From assembly GCA_051294375.1 (NCBI GenBank), contig CM119271.1, forward strand, positions 17,075,799 through 17,139,798: a stretch of DNA of 64,000 nt. Reading direction: 5' to 3'. This document shows, in pieces, positions 1 to 12,712 of this stretch. The notes under the pieces were generated by a model that saw only the letters and a list, made by a program, of their open reading frames with translations, searched no databases and was not told the origin of the DNA. The translations under genes and the position numbers were made by a program. Positions within the stretch are counted from its first letter, which is position 1. Each line of letters opens with the position of its first letter. This stretch comes from Paraspadella gotoi. Taxonomy: Eukaryota > Animalia > Chaetognatha.

Positions 1-85
1 TAATTGGTTATAATAACTATAAAATATTCTACTAACTATTGAATTTAATAATCTCCTCTTNNNNNNNNNNNNNNNNNNNNNNNNN

Positions 86-680
86 ATCTAGTCTTTTCCA
101 ACCGTCCATCCATCTATTCTTCTATCCATCTATTCTTCTATCCATCCATCTATCCATCTATTCTTCTATCCGTCCATTCATCTATCCATTCATCTATCCA
201 TCTATTCTTCTATTCATTCATTCATCTATCTATCCATTCATCTATCCATCTATTCTTCTATTCATTCATTCATCTATCCATCCATCTATCCATCTATTCT
301 TCTATAAATCCATTCATCTATCCATTCATCTATCCATCTATTATTCTATACATCAATTCATCTATCCATCTATTCTTCTATCCATCCATTCATCTATCCA
401 TCCATCTATCCATCTATTCTTCTATACATCCATCTATCCATCTATTCTTCTATACATCCATTCATCTATCCATCCATCTATCCAACCATTCATCTATCCA
501 TCCATCTATCCATCTATTCTTCTATACATCCATTCATCTATCCATCTATTCTTCTATCCATTCATTCATCTATCAATCCATCTATCCATCTATTCTTCTA
601 TCCATCCATCCATTCATCTATCCATTCATCTATCCATCTATTCTTCTATCCATCCATTCATCTATCCATCCCACCATCCC
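86..680. repeat. Degenerate (ATCC/ATCT/ATTC)n microsatellite with recurring CATCTATTCTTCTAT subunit
   Basis: Direct reading. It explains ORF 39..692. Confidence 0.95.
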
Positions 681-767
681 TCATCGATTTAGCCTCAAGT
701 CTTTCAGTTGCCCCTCGGGTTAATAACATCTGATACAACAATAACAAAAAAATATTCGTTATGCTCC

Positions 768-839
<72 letters not shown>

Positions 840-972
840 ACTTTTTTTATTTCAGGATAAAATAATTAATAATTATTAACGCAACAATTGATCTTTAAAT
901 TTGATTAAAGGTAAGGTGCCATAAAATAATTTGGTCGAAATCCTTTTGTATTCATCTATTCATCACTAAACA

Positions 973-1016
<44 letters not shown>

Positions 1017-1030
1017 TCTCCCTCTCTATC
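768..1030. repeat. (CTTT)n (768-840) and (CT)n (975-1030) microsatellites
   Basis: Direct reading. Confidence 0.95.
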
Positions 1031-3286
1031 TCATTTTCCCGCTTTGGAATACTCTCTTCCCTCTCTCTTTACCCTTTGAACTACGACGCTTCCTTTTACT
1101 GTTTCTCTCTCATCATTTAGTCTCGTGTAATGCGTTAAAAACATTTTAACTTTTAATGTTTTCTATGAAATAGGTACAACCAATATAAAAAATAATTCAT
1201 TCATTTAATAAATGTCTTTATATAATTCATTACAATCAGTTCTAATTTATAATCTAATAGAATAATTTTTTCAGATGATATTTAATATTAAATATTAAAT
1301 AATAATTAAATAATCATTAATCACGTTTAAACTTATACTGAGTATAAGTTTATAAATCTCCTCTTGTATAGCTTTATTTATTTATTCATTGACTAATTTT
1401 ATTTTACTTTTTATTTATTTACTTATATATTTAATTCATCACCTTTACTTACCTTTTTCTTCGCGGCGCCCTCTTGAGTTCAAACTTTTTTTCGTCTTTT
1501 GTCTTTTGTTTTCGAAAACATCAAAAGGAGACGTCTCTCCCCCCCTAGAGAGAGAAAGAGAACCCACACCCACACCAGCACAGCTATGGAGCCTAGGAGA
1601 TGTGGCTACAAAACCCAGAATAGGGAGGAAGACCTAATGGGATAACACGAGACGGAGCGAAACTCAAAAGACCAACAAACACGACCGACGGAAGACGAAA
1701 CATTCCATCCCGTCAGCAGAACTTACCGAATAAAGTCAGAAATCCCGACACACAAGAGAACATCACGACACCAAACTACAAGCCGATGGCAATACGTAAT
1801 CCAAAACGACCGACAATAGCCACGAGAACGAACGACGAACGACGAGAAAACGAGCGACGAAAACGAGCACAACCGAGCCGTCAAGAAAATAAGACAGAAG
1901 AAATCACTTAACTGAAAAAAAAATAGAGAATGACATATGCTACACGACATAAACACGACACACCAAAGACAACGACCGCAATAGAGAAAAAATGACAGAT
2001 AACGAAGTGAAAAGACACGAAAATGAAGATAGCAAACATGACGGATAATCACGTCGACGACAACGAAATCCCTTTAAGACCGCGCAATCGTACACGATCG
2101 AACCCTAACGAGAAATCGAAGAAGTGACCCTCGGGACTAAGAAAGTGACGAGAGAGAAGAGAAGAGAGACCGAGAGAGAGAGAGAAGAGCAACAGAGAGA
2201 GAAGACAATCGTATCCCCACGAGAGACAGATACAAGCAGCATATACACTCCTTCACGAGAAGATCGAGAGCAGAGATGACAGCGAGAGACGATATATCGC
2301 GGTCACCATCAGACGAAGGTCAGCAGCGTTTTTCACTAGTATTACAATACACCATACCCCAAGATTGGACAGCTAAGACTGAAGTAGCACACAGACAGAA
2401 GCAGAGCAGATAAAGCCAGAAAACGAGATCACACAGTTACCGCGCAGACAGAATAAAACAAATAACCAACCGTAAATAAGAAGGAAAAAAAGAAAGAGTC
2501 AAAAAAGAATACAGATTACAAATTTAAAATGGCATACATGAAAAGAGTATCAAGAAAGCCTAGTATTTAAACTCTTCTACGTGGTGATTAAGTTAAATTC
2601 AAAATAAACGCAAGCATTGATAAATCGAAAAGTCGCGAGAGAAAATTTCGATCGAAACCCAAGAAAATGCGTACAAAGAAACGATAAAAGACAAATCTAA
2701 AAGCCGTTACAAATGCAGATTTGAATAGTACCAAAAATTTTGCTATTAAATATCATCAAGTTGGGAGAGAAAGAGAAATACTTAAAAATAGCTAACAAAT
2801 ATAAAAGAAAATAAATGGTGTACATCATCACTAAAGATCTTAAGTCCTTATTAATTGCAAAATTACCTTATATTTAGCAATTAATTTATTATAAAATTTA
2901 TTATCTAATTTTTCTCTTCTGCGTATTTTTAATACGATAATGTAAGTATCAGATAAAATGATGAAGGTTCATGAGATGAGGAATCAAAATTAAATTCCAA
3001 TCATAATTAAACTTAGAGGTAAATATAACATATTCTTGACAAGTATGACTTCCGAACTTTAAACCAAAAGTATAATTCATAAACACATATAGTGCTTCTT
3101 AAATATTAAGAAGACTAATTAGAGCACTCAACCAGAAGCGTCAATCAAGGAAATAAGTTAAAAAGAAGAAGATGTCACGATTTCGTTATCTTTCAGGGTC
3201 GAATTGAGATCCCAACTATCCGCTAATAATTACCCAGTGTAGAACAGATACGAGAGCCGTGGATCGATACACCTACTCGGAACCGC

Positions 3287-3294
<8 letters not shown>

Positions 3295-3319
<25 letters not shown>

Positions 3320-3378
3320 GAGAGAGAGAGAAGAGAGAGAGAGAGCAAGAGAGGAGAGGAGAGCAGAGAGAGAGAGAC

Positions 3379-3410
<32 letters not shown>

Positions 3411-3879
3411 CAGAGAAACCCGCCTGTTCCGAAATCGGAGAGAACCCGAAAATTAAAAGGCCGAGGCTGTTAATTTAACCCCAGATGTGGTCGACCAAGA
3501 AAGAAGAGAAAGAAGAGAGAGAGAGAAGCTAGCAGATTCAGAGACAAGAGAGCAAGAGAAGAGAGAAGAGAGAGAGAGAAGAGAATTAAAAATTAGAGGG
3601 AACATCAAAGCGAAAACAAGTTCGTGCGGATTCCGATGAAAAGGAGGATGAGGAAATGGAAATACAATGGAGTTAAGAAACCTTATCTCTCTCTCCTTTT
3701 CTCGCATGTCTCTCCAATCTCTCCCTCTCTCTCCCTCATTCGTCTAGCGCTCATTTCCACCGGATAGAAATGAGATGCCAGCGAGGTGGCCTGGGACAAG
3801 GAATACCAGTGGAGGGGCTGATTCTAGCCGTCTCTCTCATCCTCGTCTCTACGTCCATCTCTCCTCTCCCATCCTCTCA

Positions 3880-3922
<43 letters not shown>

Positions 3923-4482
3923 CTCGCNNNNNNNNNNNNNNNNNNNNNNNNNAAAGAAAGAGATGAGAGAACAGAAAGCAGACACGAGGAGAGAGAGAGA
4001 GAGAGAGAGACAGAGAAACCCGCCGTGTGTCCGAATCGGAGAGAACCGAAAATTAAAAGGGCGAGGCTTTTAATTTAACCCAGATGTGGTCCGACCAAAG
4101 AAAGAGAGAAAGAAGAGAGAGAGGAGAAGAGAGAGAAGAGAAGAGAGAGAGAGAAAGAGAGAAGAGAGAGAGAGAAGAGAATTAAAAATTGGGGAAATCA
4201 AAGGAAAACAAGTTCGTTGCGGATTCCGATGAGAAAGGGAGAGAGAGGGAAATGAAATAAAGTGAGGAAGAATGCTTATCTCTCTCTCTCTTTTCTCGTC
4301 TCTCTCTCTCTCTTCTCTCTCTCTCGTCTCGTCTGCCGCATTCACCGGAATGAGAATGAGATGCAGCAGGTGGCCTTTGGAAAGGAATCCGTTGAGGGGG
4401 TTGGTTCGTCTCTCGTCTCTCTCTCTCTTCTCTCTCTCTCTCTGCTCTCTCTCTCTCTCGCTTTTCGTCTCTCTCTCTGCGT

Positions 4483-4510
<28 letters not shown>
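3295..4510 (+). repeat. Direct duplication of the ~600-bp spacer on both sides of a 25-N gap (probable assembly overlap)
   Basis: 3415-3500 matches 4015-4100, 3600-3640 matches 4195-4230, and 3757-3825 matches 4343-4405. Confidence 0.8.
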
Positions 4511-4515
<5 letters not shown>

Positions 4516-5055
4516 GGCGGTTCCCGAGGTAATTATTAGCGGAGTTCCCAATTCGACTGAAGTAAGAAATCGAGCATCGTCTTTTTAATTTTCCTTGTAC
4601 GCCTTCGTGACTCAACCTAAGCCCTTTAGATGGTTTAAAAGAGTACAATTTATAAATGTTATAAAATTACTCTAATTAATTATTAATTGAATAATTGATC
4701 ACTCAATGACTCAAAATTTTCGAATAAATTTATTAAAAAAAAAGAAAATAGATAGAATAAATAAATAAAAAAGTAAATAAGTAGATAAATAAATTAATAT
4801 GTACACATTTATTTTTTTTATGTTAGCTATTTTTAAGTATTCTCTCTTTCTCTCCCCATTTATACTTTAATAACAAAATTTAATATCAATCGCAGAAAAC
4901 CTTAAAATTTGTCTTTTTCCTTTTTTCCTTTTCTTCTTTTTCTCCTTTTTTCTCCTTTTTTTTCATTTTTCAAGTAAAAGAAAATGTATGAATTCATACA
5001 TAAATTTGGATATTTTTTGATTTTTTTTCCCTCATACGAATTCATTTGCTTTCTG

Positions 5056-5088
<33 letters not shown>

Positions 5089-5167
5089 GTCTGTCTCTCT
5101 CTGTAAAAGCATCAGGGTCATTTTTTTTCTGGACGACCTCGTCATGGTGACCAGTGACCACTTTGCT

Positions 5168-5254
<87 letters not shown>

Positions 5255-5324
5255 ACTCTCTTAGCTCCGAGGGTCAATTCTCCGATTTCCTCGATATTTC
5301 GATGTCATTCGCGTCTTAACTTTC

Positions 5325-5610
5325 TATCGTCGTCGACGTCATCTTTTTATTCTTCATTTTCGTCGTCTTCATCTTCGTCATCGTCTTTTTCATCATTGCC
5401 GTCGTTGTCGTTGTCGTTATCGTCGTCGTCATCATCATCATCATTTTTGTCATATGATTTCTCTGTCTTATTTTTGACGGCATCATTGTCGTAGTTTTCG
5501 TCGTCGTTTTCGTCGTCGTCGTCTTCGTCGTCGTCTTTGTCGTCGTTTTTGTCGTCGTTTTCGTCGTCGTCTTCGTCGTCGTCTTTGTCGTCGTTTTCGT
5601 CGTCGTTATC
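5325..5610. repeat. (TCG/TCA)n trinucleotide microsatellite
   Basis: Direct reading. It is the source of the poly-Thr ORF 5316..5660. Confidence 0.9.
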
Positions 5611-5731
5611 ACCATTAGTTTCCCTATTCGGGTTTTGAACCCGCGACCTTCTGAGTTCAACTTTCCAGACGACGATTTTCTTCTTTCCGTTTTTCTCTCG
5701 ATTTTCGATATTTTCGGTTTTTATCCGTTTT

Positions 5732-6101
5732 TAGTTGCGCCGCGAGTACTCGCGGAGCAACTCTATAAGTCACTTTTCGGTCAGTCTGTCGGTCGGTATG
5801 TCTGTCCGTCGGTCTGTCCCACTTACTCTAAAAATTTTAATAATTCGCTTATAGTTGGTTGCTCATTTGTTAAGACAGAAAAAATCCTCAAATCTAAGTA
5901 ACTGCTAGCGCCGCCTTCAGTAAATTTTAAAACATTAAAGAATAAAAGACGGAATTCCGATATAGTGCATGTCATAAATACTACCTTCACGTGATCACAA
6001 ACTAAATTCAGCATATTTCGTGTAATGTCTGGTTGTTTGAAATTAAATTTTGCACAGAAATACATATGAAAAGAAAGTCCCAAGAAAGACCCATCTTGTT
6101 T
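5732..6101 (+). mobile_element. Helentron-associated (HINE/DINE-1-like) non-autonomous element, copy 1
   Basis: Starts in a T run with TAGTTGCG-CCGCGAGTACTCGCGG-AGCAACT hairpin, then CTATAAGTCACTTTTCGGTC and a (GTCG/GTCT) tract. Body is shared with the 21128 copy. Ends near CTTGTTT. Confidence 0.65.
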
Positions 6102-6522
6102 ATCAGTTTTGCACTATTTTTAGTTTTGGTACGTTTAAAAAATCTGTTATATTTTGTTATTTGAAGAACTTCACCACTCAACAACTTACTTAAATTGTGT
6201 ATAAAATTACTGCAACTTTAACAACAACAACCACAACAACAACAACAACACCAAGGTCCAGGGCGACGTCTCCCATGAAACATAAAAAGCAGAAACATGA
6301 GCCGATTTCGTGAAGTGGCTCTCCTCTCTCTCTCTCTCTCTCTCTCGTCGTCTCTCTCCTCTCCTCTCATCACTCATCTCTCTCTGCTTTGCTCTCTTTT
6401 CCTATTTTCTCTTTCCGTCGGGAGCATCTTTTTTCTTTATGCTAAAACACAGTAATTTATAGATAACCGCTGATCATATCTCATAAATTTCTTTCCCTCC
6501 GCTCTCTCTCTCTTCGCTCCTC

Positions 6523-6566
<44 letters not shown>

Positions 6567-6677
6567 TTTTTTTCTTTCCCTTTTATTTGATTTATCCTTT
6601 CCATTTTCTTCCTTTTCTCTTTATATTTTATGAAGGATTTTCTTTTTACCAGCGTGTCATCTTCAGTTACGCTCGGT

Positions 6678-6751
6678 CTTTTCTTTTCTTTTCTTTTTTT
6701 TCTTTCTTTTCTTTTCTTTTCTTTTCTTTTCTTTTCTTTTCTTTTCTTTTC

Positions 6752-6782
<31 letters not shown>

Positions 6783-6855
6783 CTTTTCTCTTTTTCTCTT
6801 TTCTTTTTTTCTTTTTGTCTTTTCTTTTCTTTTCTTTTCTTTTCTTTTTTCTTTA
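6678..6855. repeat. (TTTTC)n microsatellite
   Basis: Direct reading. Confidence 0.95.
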
Positions 6856-7510
6856 TTTATTTTTTTCTATGATAAATTTTTGTCAGTTCAAGAAAAACAA
6901 AAAATATGCATATATCATGAATTATTATATAACTATAAACAATATTGAACTGAATTTTAAAAGTTATGCTCCCAGTTTTAAACGATAAAATTTTCAAAAA
7001 GCCTCTCATACAAACTTTACTACTGAGTCCTTCTGAGAGAAAAATATTTGAACAATTTTAAATACGAACTTTTGAGAAGAAAAATCTACAAACGATAAAA
7101 CGAAAATTCCTTATTTTTTTTCTGTAAATTTTTATTTTTTTAGAAAAAAAATCAAAAAGAAAAATCGTAAAATGACTGAATTTTCGTCACGAAGACCAGA
7201 GACGTCGTTAACCAATTTTTTTTCCGCTTTCTCTCTCTCTCTCTCNNNNNNNNNNNNNNNNNNNNNNNNNNNNNNNNNNNNNNNNNNNNNNNNNNNNNNN
7301 NNNNNNNNNNNNNNNNNNNNNNNNNNNNNNNNNNNNNNNNNNNNNNNNNNNNNNNNNNNNNNNNNNNNNNNNNNNNNNNNNNNNNNNNNNNNNNNNNNNN
7401 NNNNNNNNNNNNNNNNNNNNNNNNNNNNNNNNNNNNNNNNNTGAAAAGTGTCAAAAAGTTGTAAAAAGTTCCTTGAGGTGAGACGGCCCTACTTTTCTCC
7501 CGCCCTCAAT

Positions 7511-7605
7511 ATGCTATGACACGTTTCCACGCTGCCTTTTTCCCTCATTTTTTTTCCTTTTCGAAATATGAAAACTTTTGTCAGTTTTGTAACGTGTCAT
7601 AGTAT
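7511..7605. mobile_element. Small MITE-like element with 15-bp TIRs
   Basis: ATGCTATGACACGTT ... AACGTGTCATAGTAT, 14 of 15 bases complementary. Confidence 0.4.
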
Positions 7606-7864
7606 GTAATAAAATGCAACTCACCGAGACATATTTTTTTTAAAAACAGTCTTAATATCTTTCGGAAAATAAATGAAAATAAATATAAAAACTAAAGAGT
7701 AAAAAAAAATGTAAATGAAACTAGTATGCATATTGCATAAGTAAGGCCCAATAATAAATGTATATTGTGTGGACGTGTGGACGCAACAAGTTTCAGATTA
7801 AAAATGGATTTATTCTTCAACAACGTTATAAACAACAACAGTCAAAAATAAGATATAAGATATA

Positions 7865-8205
7865 ACAATTGTATTTACAAAGTCAACGTTTGACCATAAA
7901 GAGAATGGGGGAAACCGATCGAGGGTAAGTTTGGTCAGGACAATTGGTTTGACCGAGGGTGCGAGTCTTAGTTGTTCGTCCACACATCCCCCCCACCAAG
8001 GCTTGGACCGGATGGGGAGAAGGCTTGAGAGAGTCATTGAATTGAGTCGTCGTTTTCGTCGTCATCTTCCGGCGGCTGAAGTGACCTCCCCATGTCACTG
8101 GCCTGTTTAAGCCGACATCATCACACTTTAACCAGCGTGACCCCGAGGGTATTGAACCCGGAACTCACGTTTGGTGAACGAGTACTTACCAATGGGACAA
8201 GCAGA
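7865..8205 (-). mobile_element. tRNA-derived SINE-like element (family B)
   Basis: Minus strand reads TTGTCCCATTGGTAAG (A-box-like) ... GGGTTCAATACCC (B-box-like), followed by a GC-richer body. Single copy in this window. Confidence 0.5.
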
Positions 8206-9369
8206 GTTTCACTTAGTTCTACGGGAGGCGAATTGGTACAAAACATGATCTCCGAATTTTGATCTGCAATTTTCGCTCGACCTTATTTATACAGAAAGAC
8301 AATAAATGAATATTGATATAATTTGAATACAATGAATTGGACAATTTGTCAAGCTGGAAAACTAAGTAGCTCACAATCTCTCCAATCTCACCAAAAAATG
8401 TTGAGATGTTGATGTTGATGATGATGTTGATGTTGTTGATGTTGATGANNNNNNNNNNNNNNNNNNNNNNNNNTTCTCCTCTGTTTTCTCTCTCTCTGCG
8501 TGTGCATGCAAGGCGTAGGGTGTATATGATAGATAATACATGACAGATAATATAATCCATGATACATTTGTTGATACATACTTTTGTTGATATCCGGGTC
8601 CTTATGCGATGAATCAAAAGACCATTTACCCCCCGGCTTTTTTGATTATTTTCCTCGTTTCTCTCTCTCTCTCTCCTCTCTCTCTCTCTTATACCTCTTA
8701 AAGTTTATTTCTATCACTTATGCTAAAAAAGCTTTACTGATCCTATACAATATCGAATAACTTAAATACATTATTATGGATCATTTCAGAGGTTACTTAA
8801 TTTAAAAAATTTTAATTTAAAATATAGTATCAAATGAGACATAAATATCTTTGACATAGTTATTCAGAAATAAGATTTACTTAATGAACAAATCGCGTAA
8901 AATCTTTTCTCTCTCTCTCTCTCTTGTTCTTCTCTCTCTTCTCTCCTCTCTCTGGGTGTGTGCTTCGGCTCGTCTCTCCAGTCCTGTATTTTGGTTTAAT
9001 ATAAAAATATTTTTGTATAACAAATTTATTTATAGCATAATTAAAAAATAATATACAAACGAAATAATAAAAGAACTTGATAAATGTTAAAAACTTAAAC
9101 CCATCAATGTCAACCAAGGTCAGATTTTTAAGCTGGAGGATTTGCCATAATCAAATGATAAAAGGGGAGAAAGAGGAAATGAGCGACAAAAAAAATAATT
9201 GTTTGCCAGGCGGCGAGTGTCATATGCGAAAAATTGAGATGCCATGATTTCCATGAAAAGCTGAATTCGAGTCCTCTTCTCTCATCGTCGTCTTCTCGTC
9301 GTCTCTCCTCTCTCTCTCTCTTGCAAAAATGATCGTTACACTTGTATATGCTTACGAGTTGATCGCGGT

Positions 9370-9690
9370 AACGTTTCGCGGATTGCGCAGAAACGACGAC
9401 AACGACGACGGCAATGCCATGACGAGCACCGACGACGGGATGCGCTCGAGCTCGACCGAAACGAGTTCCGCCCAAAACGAGACGACGGCGATGTCAATGG
9501 CGAGCGCGGGAGCGTCGTACCGAAACGGGCCCGCGACGACGAGCGCGCCGATGACGGGGATGCGCTCGACTCGAGCGAAACGTGGACCGCGACAACGACG
9601 GATAGGGCCCACGATGACGGGGATGCGTTCGACCTCGATCAAAATGGGGGCCGCGACAACGGACGACCCGTGGCGACGGGACGGACGAGT
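9370..9690. repeat. GC/CpG-rich degenerate repeat with three (G)ACGGG(G)ATGCGYTCGA units
   Basis: Motif at ~9433, ~9553 and ~9617, each followed by GAAACG/CAAAATG and CCGC(G)AC/CCGCCC. Confidence 0.6.
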
Positions 9691-10119
9691 GATGATCCGA
9701 ACACAACCCCTGGAGCATTCGCTCCGAATGAGACGAAAGTTAAAAAAATATGCCGGGGTCTCACGTCTTTAGGGCGATCGTTATATTGAAGAGGATTCCG
9801 CGAGTAAGGCGGGACCAATTGGGGAAGGCGAAGACGATGGGGAACTTATTTGACGCTAATTGCTCCCCTACGTACAAATAGTTAATTAACGGCGTTGGCG
9901 TCTCTCTCTCTCTCTTCTCTCTCTCTCTCAGTCTCTGGAAAATATTCTGAAATTTTTGGGCATGAGAATTTCAAAAAACTTTCCCATCGAATCGATCGAG
10001 ACTTGTAAAGAAATAAAAAATTTAACTTTGAAATTATGTGATAATCCTTTTCTTTTTTCGTTGTAAATGTTTAGAGAAAAAAAGTTTTTATTGGTCTTCA
10101 CGAAATTTGTTTATGTTAT

Positions 10120-10164
10120 AAACAGACATGTTTCGGCTTTAGCATTCAAGCTTCTTCAGCGTTT
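10120..10164 (-). ncRNA. Minimal type I hammerhead ribozyme motif (Penelope/retrozyme type)
   Basis: Minus strand: AAACG CTGAAGA AGCTT GAATGCTA AAGCC GAAAC ATGTC TGTTT. This gives the CUGANGA and GAAA cores, stem II GCUU/AAGC, palindromic ACAUGU stem III, a GUC site and stem I AAACG/UGUUU. AATAAA follows downstream. Confidence 0.75.
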
Positions 10165-10199
10165 TTAGTTGGATAAATTATTGAGCAAAGAAGAGTGGT

Positions 10200-10231
<32 letters not shown>

Positions 10232-10246
10232 AGTTTAAAAGTTTCA

Positions 10247-12712
10247 CAAAGTGGGTGAGACAGAATAAGTGGTCAGAGGTGAGGGCAGGGTAAGTTGAAC
10301 ACAGATTGAGTGAGATTTTTTAAAAAAAGGAAATGAAATTTGTTAGAGAGAAAGATAGAGAGAGAGATAGACTTAACAGGGATAAATAAAATTAAAAGAT
10401 AATTGTGCATTTAGGCGGAACAAAGTAAAACTAAGAGTTCCTGTTATATAAATGAACGTTAGAGCATCCTGTGGGATAACGAAATTAAAAAAAATTTAAT
10501 ATTTTTATATACAGTTAATAACATAGAAGCATAAAAGTGTATCTATTACTGATAAATCATGAAAAATATTTTTTTTCAAAATCAGAATTTTTAAAAACGA
10601 ATTCGGGTAGAGATTAAAAAAATAAATAAAAAATATTACTTACAGATTTCCAAATTTTTTTGTTTTATTGCTTAAAATTAGCAAAAAACTTAAAAATAAT
10701 GGTACGAGATATGATGATGATTTTAAAGGATTTTTTCCTTATTTGGCCCACTTATCATTAATATTGAAAACGCGTTATACTTTGTGTAGAAAACTTTTAT
10801 TGGCTATCTGAATCTGTTCTTAAAAATAAATTTTTTATAAAAAGTTTTTTGCATCGTCTATGCATTGATAAATATTTAATGCTTCAATGCAGAACAAAGT
10901 AAAAACATAAGAGTTCTGTAATATAAAATAACGTTAGAGCCATCCCTGTGGGATACGAAATTAAAAAAAATTAAGATTTTATCATACAGTAATAAACATA
11001 GAAGCATTAAAGTTTATCGTATTACTATAAACTATGAAAATATTTTTTTCCAAGATCAGAATTTTTAAAAAACGGATTCGGGTAGAGATTAAAAAAATAA
11101 ATAAAAATATTACTACAAAGATTCCAAATGTTATGTTTATTGCTTAAAATTAGCAAAAAACTATAAAAATATATTGGTACGACGATGATTGGATGATGAT
11201 TTTAAAAGGTTTTTCCTTTGTTTGGCCCACTTATCATTGAAAATATTGAAAAACGAGTTATACTTGTGTAGAAAAACTTTTTATGGGCTATCTGAATCTG
11301 TTCTTAAAAAATAATTTTTTTAGTAAAAAGTTTTTTTCATGTCTATGCATTATAAATATTGAAATGCTTCATGAGAACAAAGTAAAACTAAGAGTTCTGT
11401 AATATAATTAACGTTGAGCATCCCTGTGGGATAACGAATTAAAAAAAATTTAAGATTTATATACGTTAATAACATAGAAGCATTTAAAGTTTATCGTATT
11501 ACTATAAATCATGAAAATATTTTTTTTCCAATCAGAATTTTTAAAACGGATTGGGTAGAGATTAAAAAAATAATAAAAATATTTACTACAAGATTTCCAA
11601 ATTGTTTGCTTAATTGCTTAAATTAGCAAAAAACTATAGAAAATTTATGGTACGACGATGATGATGATGATTTTAAAGGAGGTGTTTTTCCTTTGTTGGC
11701 CCACTTATCATTTTAAATATTGAAAAAACGAAGTTATACTTTGTGTAGAAAACTTTTTATGGGCTATCTGAATCTGTTTCTTAAAAAATAAATTTTTATA
11801 AAAAGTTTTTTCATTGTCTATGCATTTTGATAAATATTTAATGCTTCAATGCAGAACAGAAGTAAAAACTAAGAGTTCTGTATATAAATAACGTTAGAGC
11901 ATCCCTGTGGTATAACGAAATTAAAAAAATTAAGATTTTATATACAGTTAATAACATAGAAGCATTTAAAGTTTATCGTATTACTATAAATCATAGAAAA
12001 TATTTTTTTTCAAAGATCAGAATTTTTAAAAAACGGATTCGGTAGAGATTAAAAAAAATAAATAAAAAATATACTACAAGATTTCAAATTGTTTTGTTTA
12101 ATTGCTTAAAATAGCAAAAACTATAAAAATTATGGTCGACGATGATGATGATGATTTAAAGAGTTTTTCCTTTGTTTGGCCCACTTATCATTGAAAATAT
12201 TGAAAACGAGTTATACTTGTGTAGAAAACTTTTTTATGAGCTATCTCATCTGTTCTTAAAAATTAATTTATAAAAAGTTTTTTTCATTGCCTATGCATTG
12301 ATAATTTCAAACAAAGTGGTGAGACAGAATTAGTGGTCAGAGGTGAGACAGGGGAAGTTGAACACCGGATTGAGTGGAGTTTTTTAAAAAAGGAAATGAA
12401 ATTTGTTAGAGAGAAAGAGAGAGAGAGAGATAGACTGAAAGGTAAATAAATAATTAAAAGATACATGTGCAATAGGCGGAAAAAGTAAAAACTAAGAGTT
12501 TCTGTAATATAATAACGTTAGAGCATCCCTGTGGGATAACAAAATTAAAAAATTTAAGATTTTATTATACAGTTAATAACATAGAAGCATGTAAAGTTTA
12601 TCGTATTCACTATAATCATGAAAATATTTTTTTCAAAATAAGAATTTTAAAAACGAATTCGGGTAGAGATTAAAAAATAAATAAAAAATATTACTACAAG
12701 ATTTCCAATTTT
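10247..12712. repeat. Tandem array of a ~480-bp AT-rich unit (about 4.5 copies) with a ~170-bp module present twice
   Basis: Unit start AAAGTAAAA(A)CTAAGAGTTC at ~10422, 10896, 11379, 11860 and 12482. Module 10247-10420 recurs at 12311-12480. Confidence 0.95.

Larger units (their letters stand above)
1605..5645. repeat. Long inverted repeat: noisy left arm ~1605-3295, right arm ~4510-5645
   Basis: Collinear reverse-complement anchors: 1876 GCCGTCAAGAAAATAAGACAG vs ~5462-5481; 2125 TGACCCTCGGGACTAAG vs ~5260-5277; 2775-2825 vs 4800-4845; 3279 GGAACCGCCTGAGAG vs 4510-4524. Confidence 0.8.
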
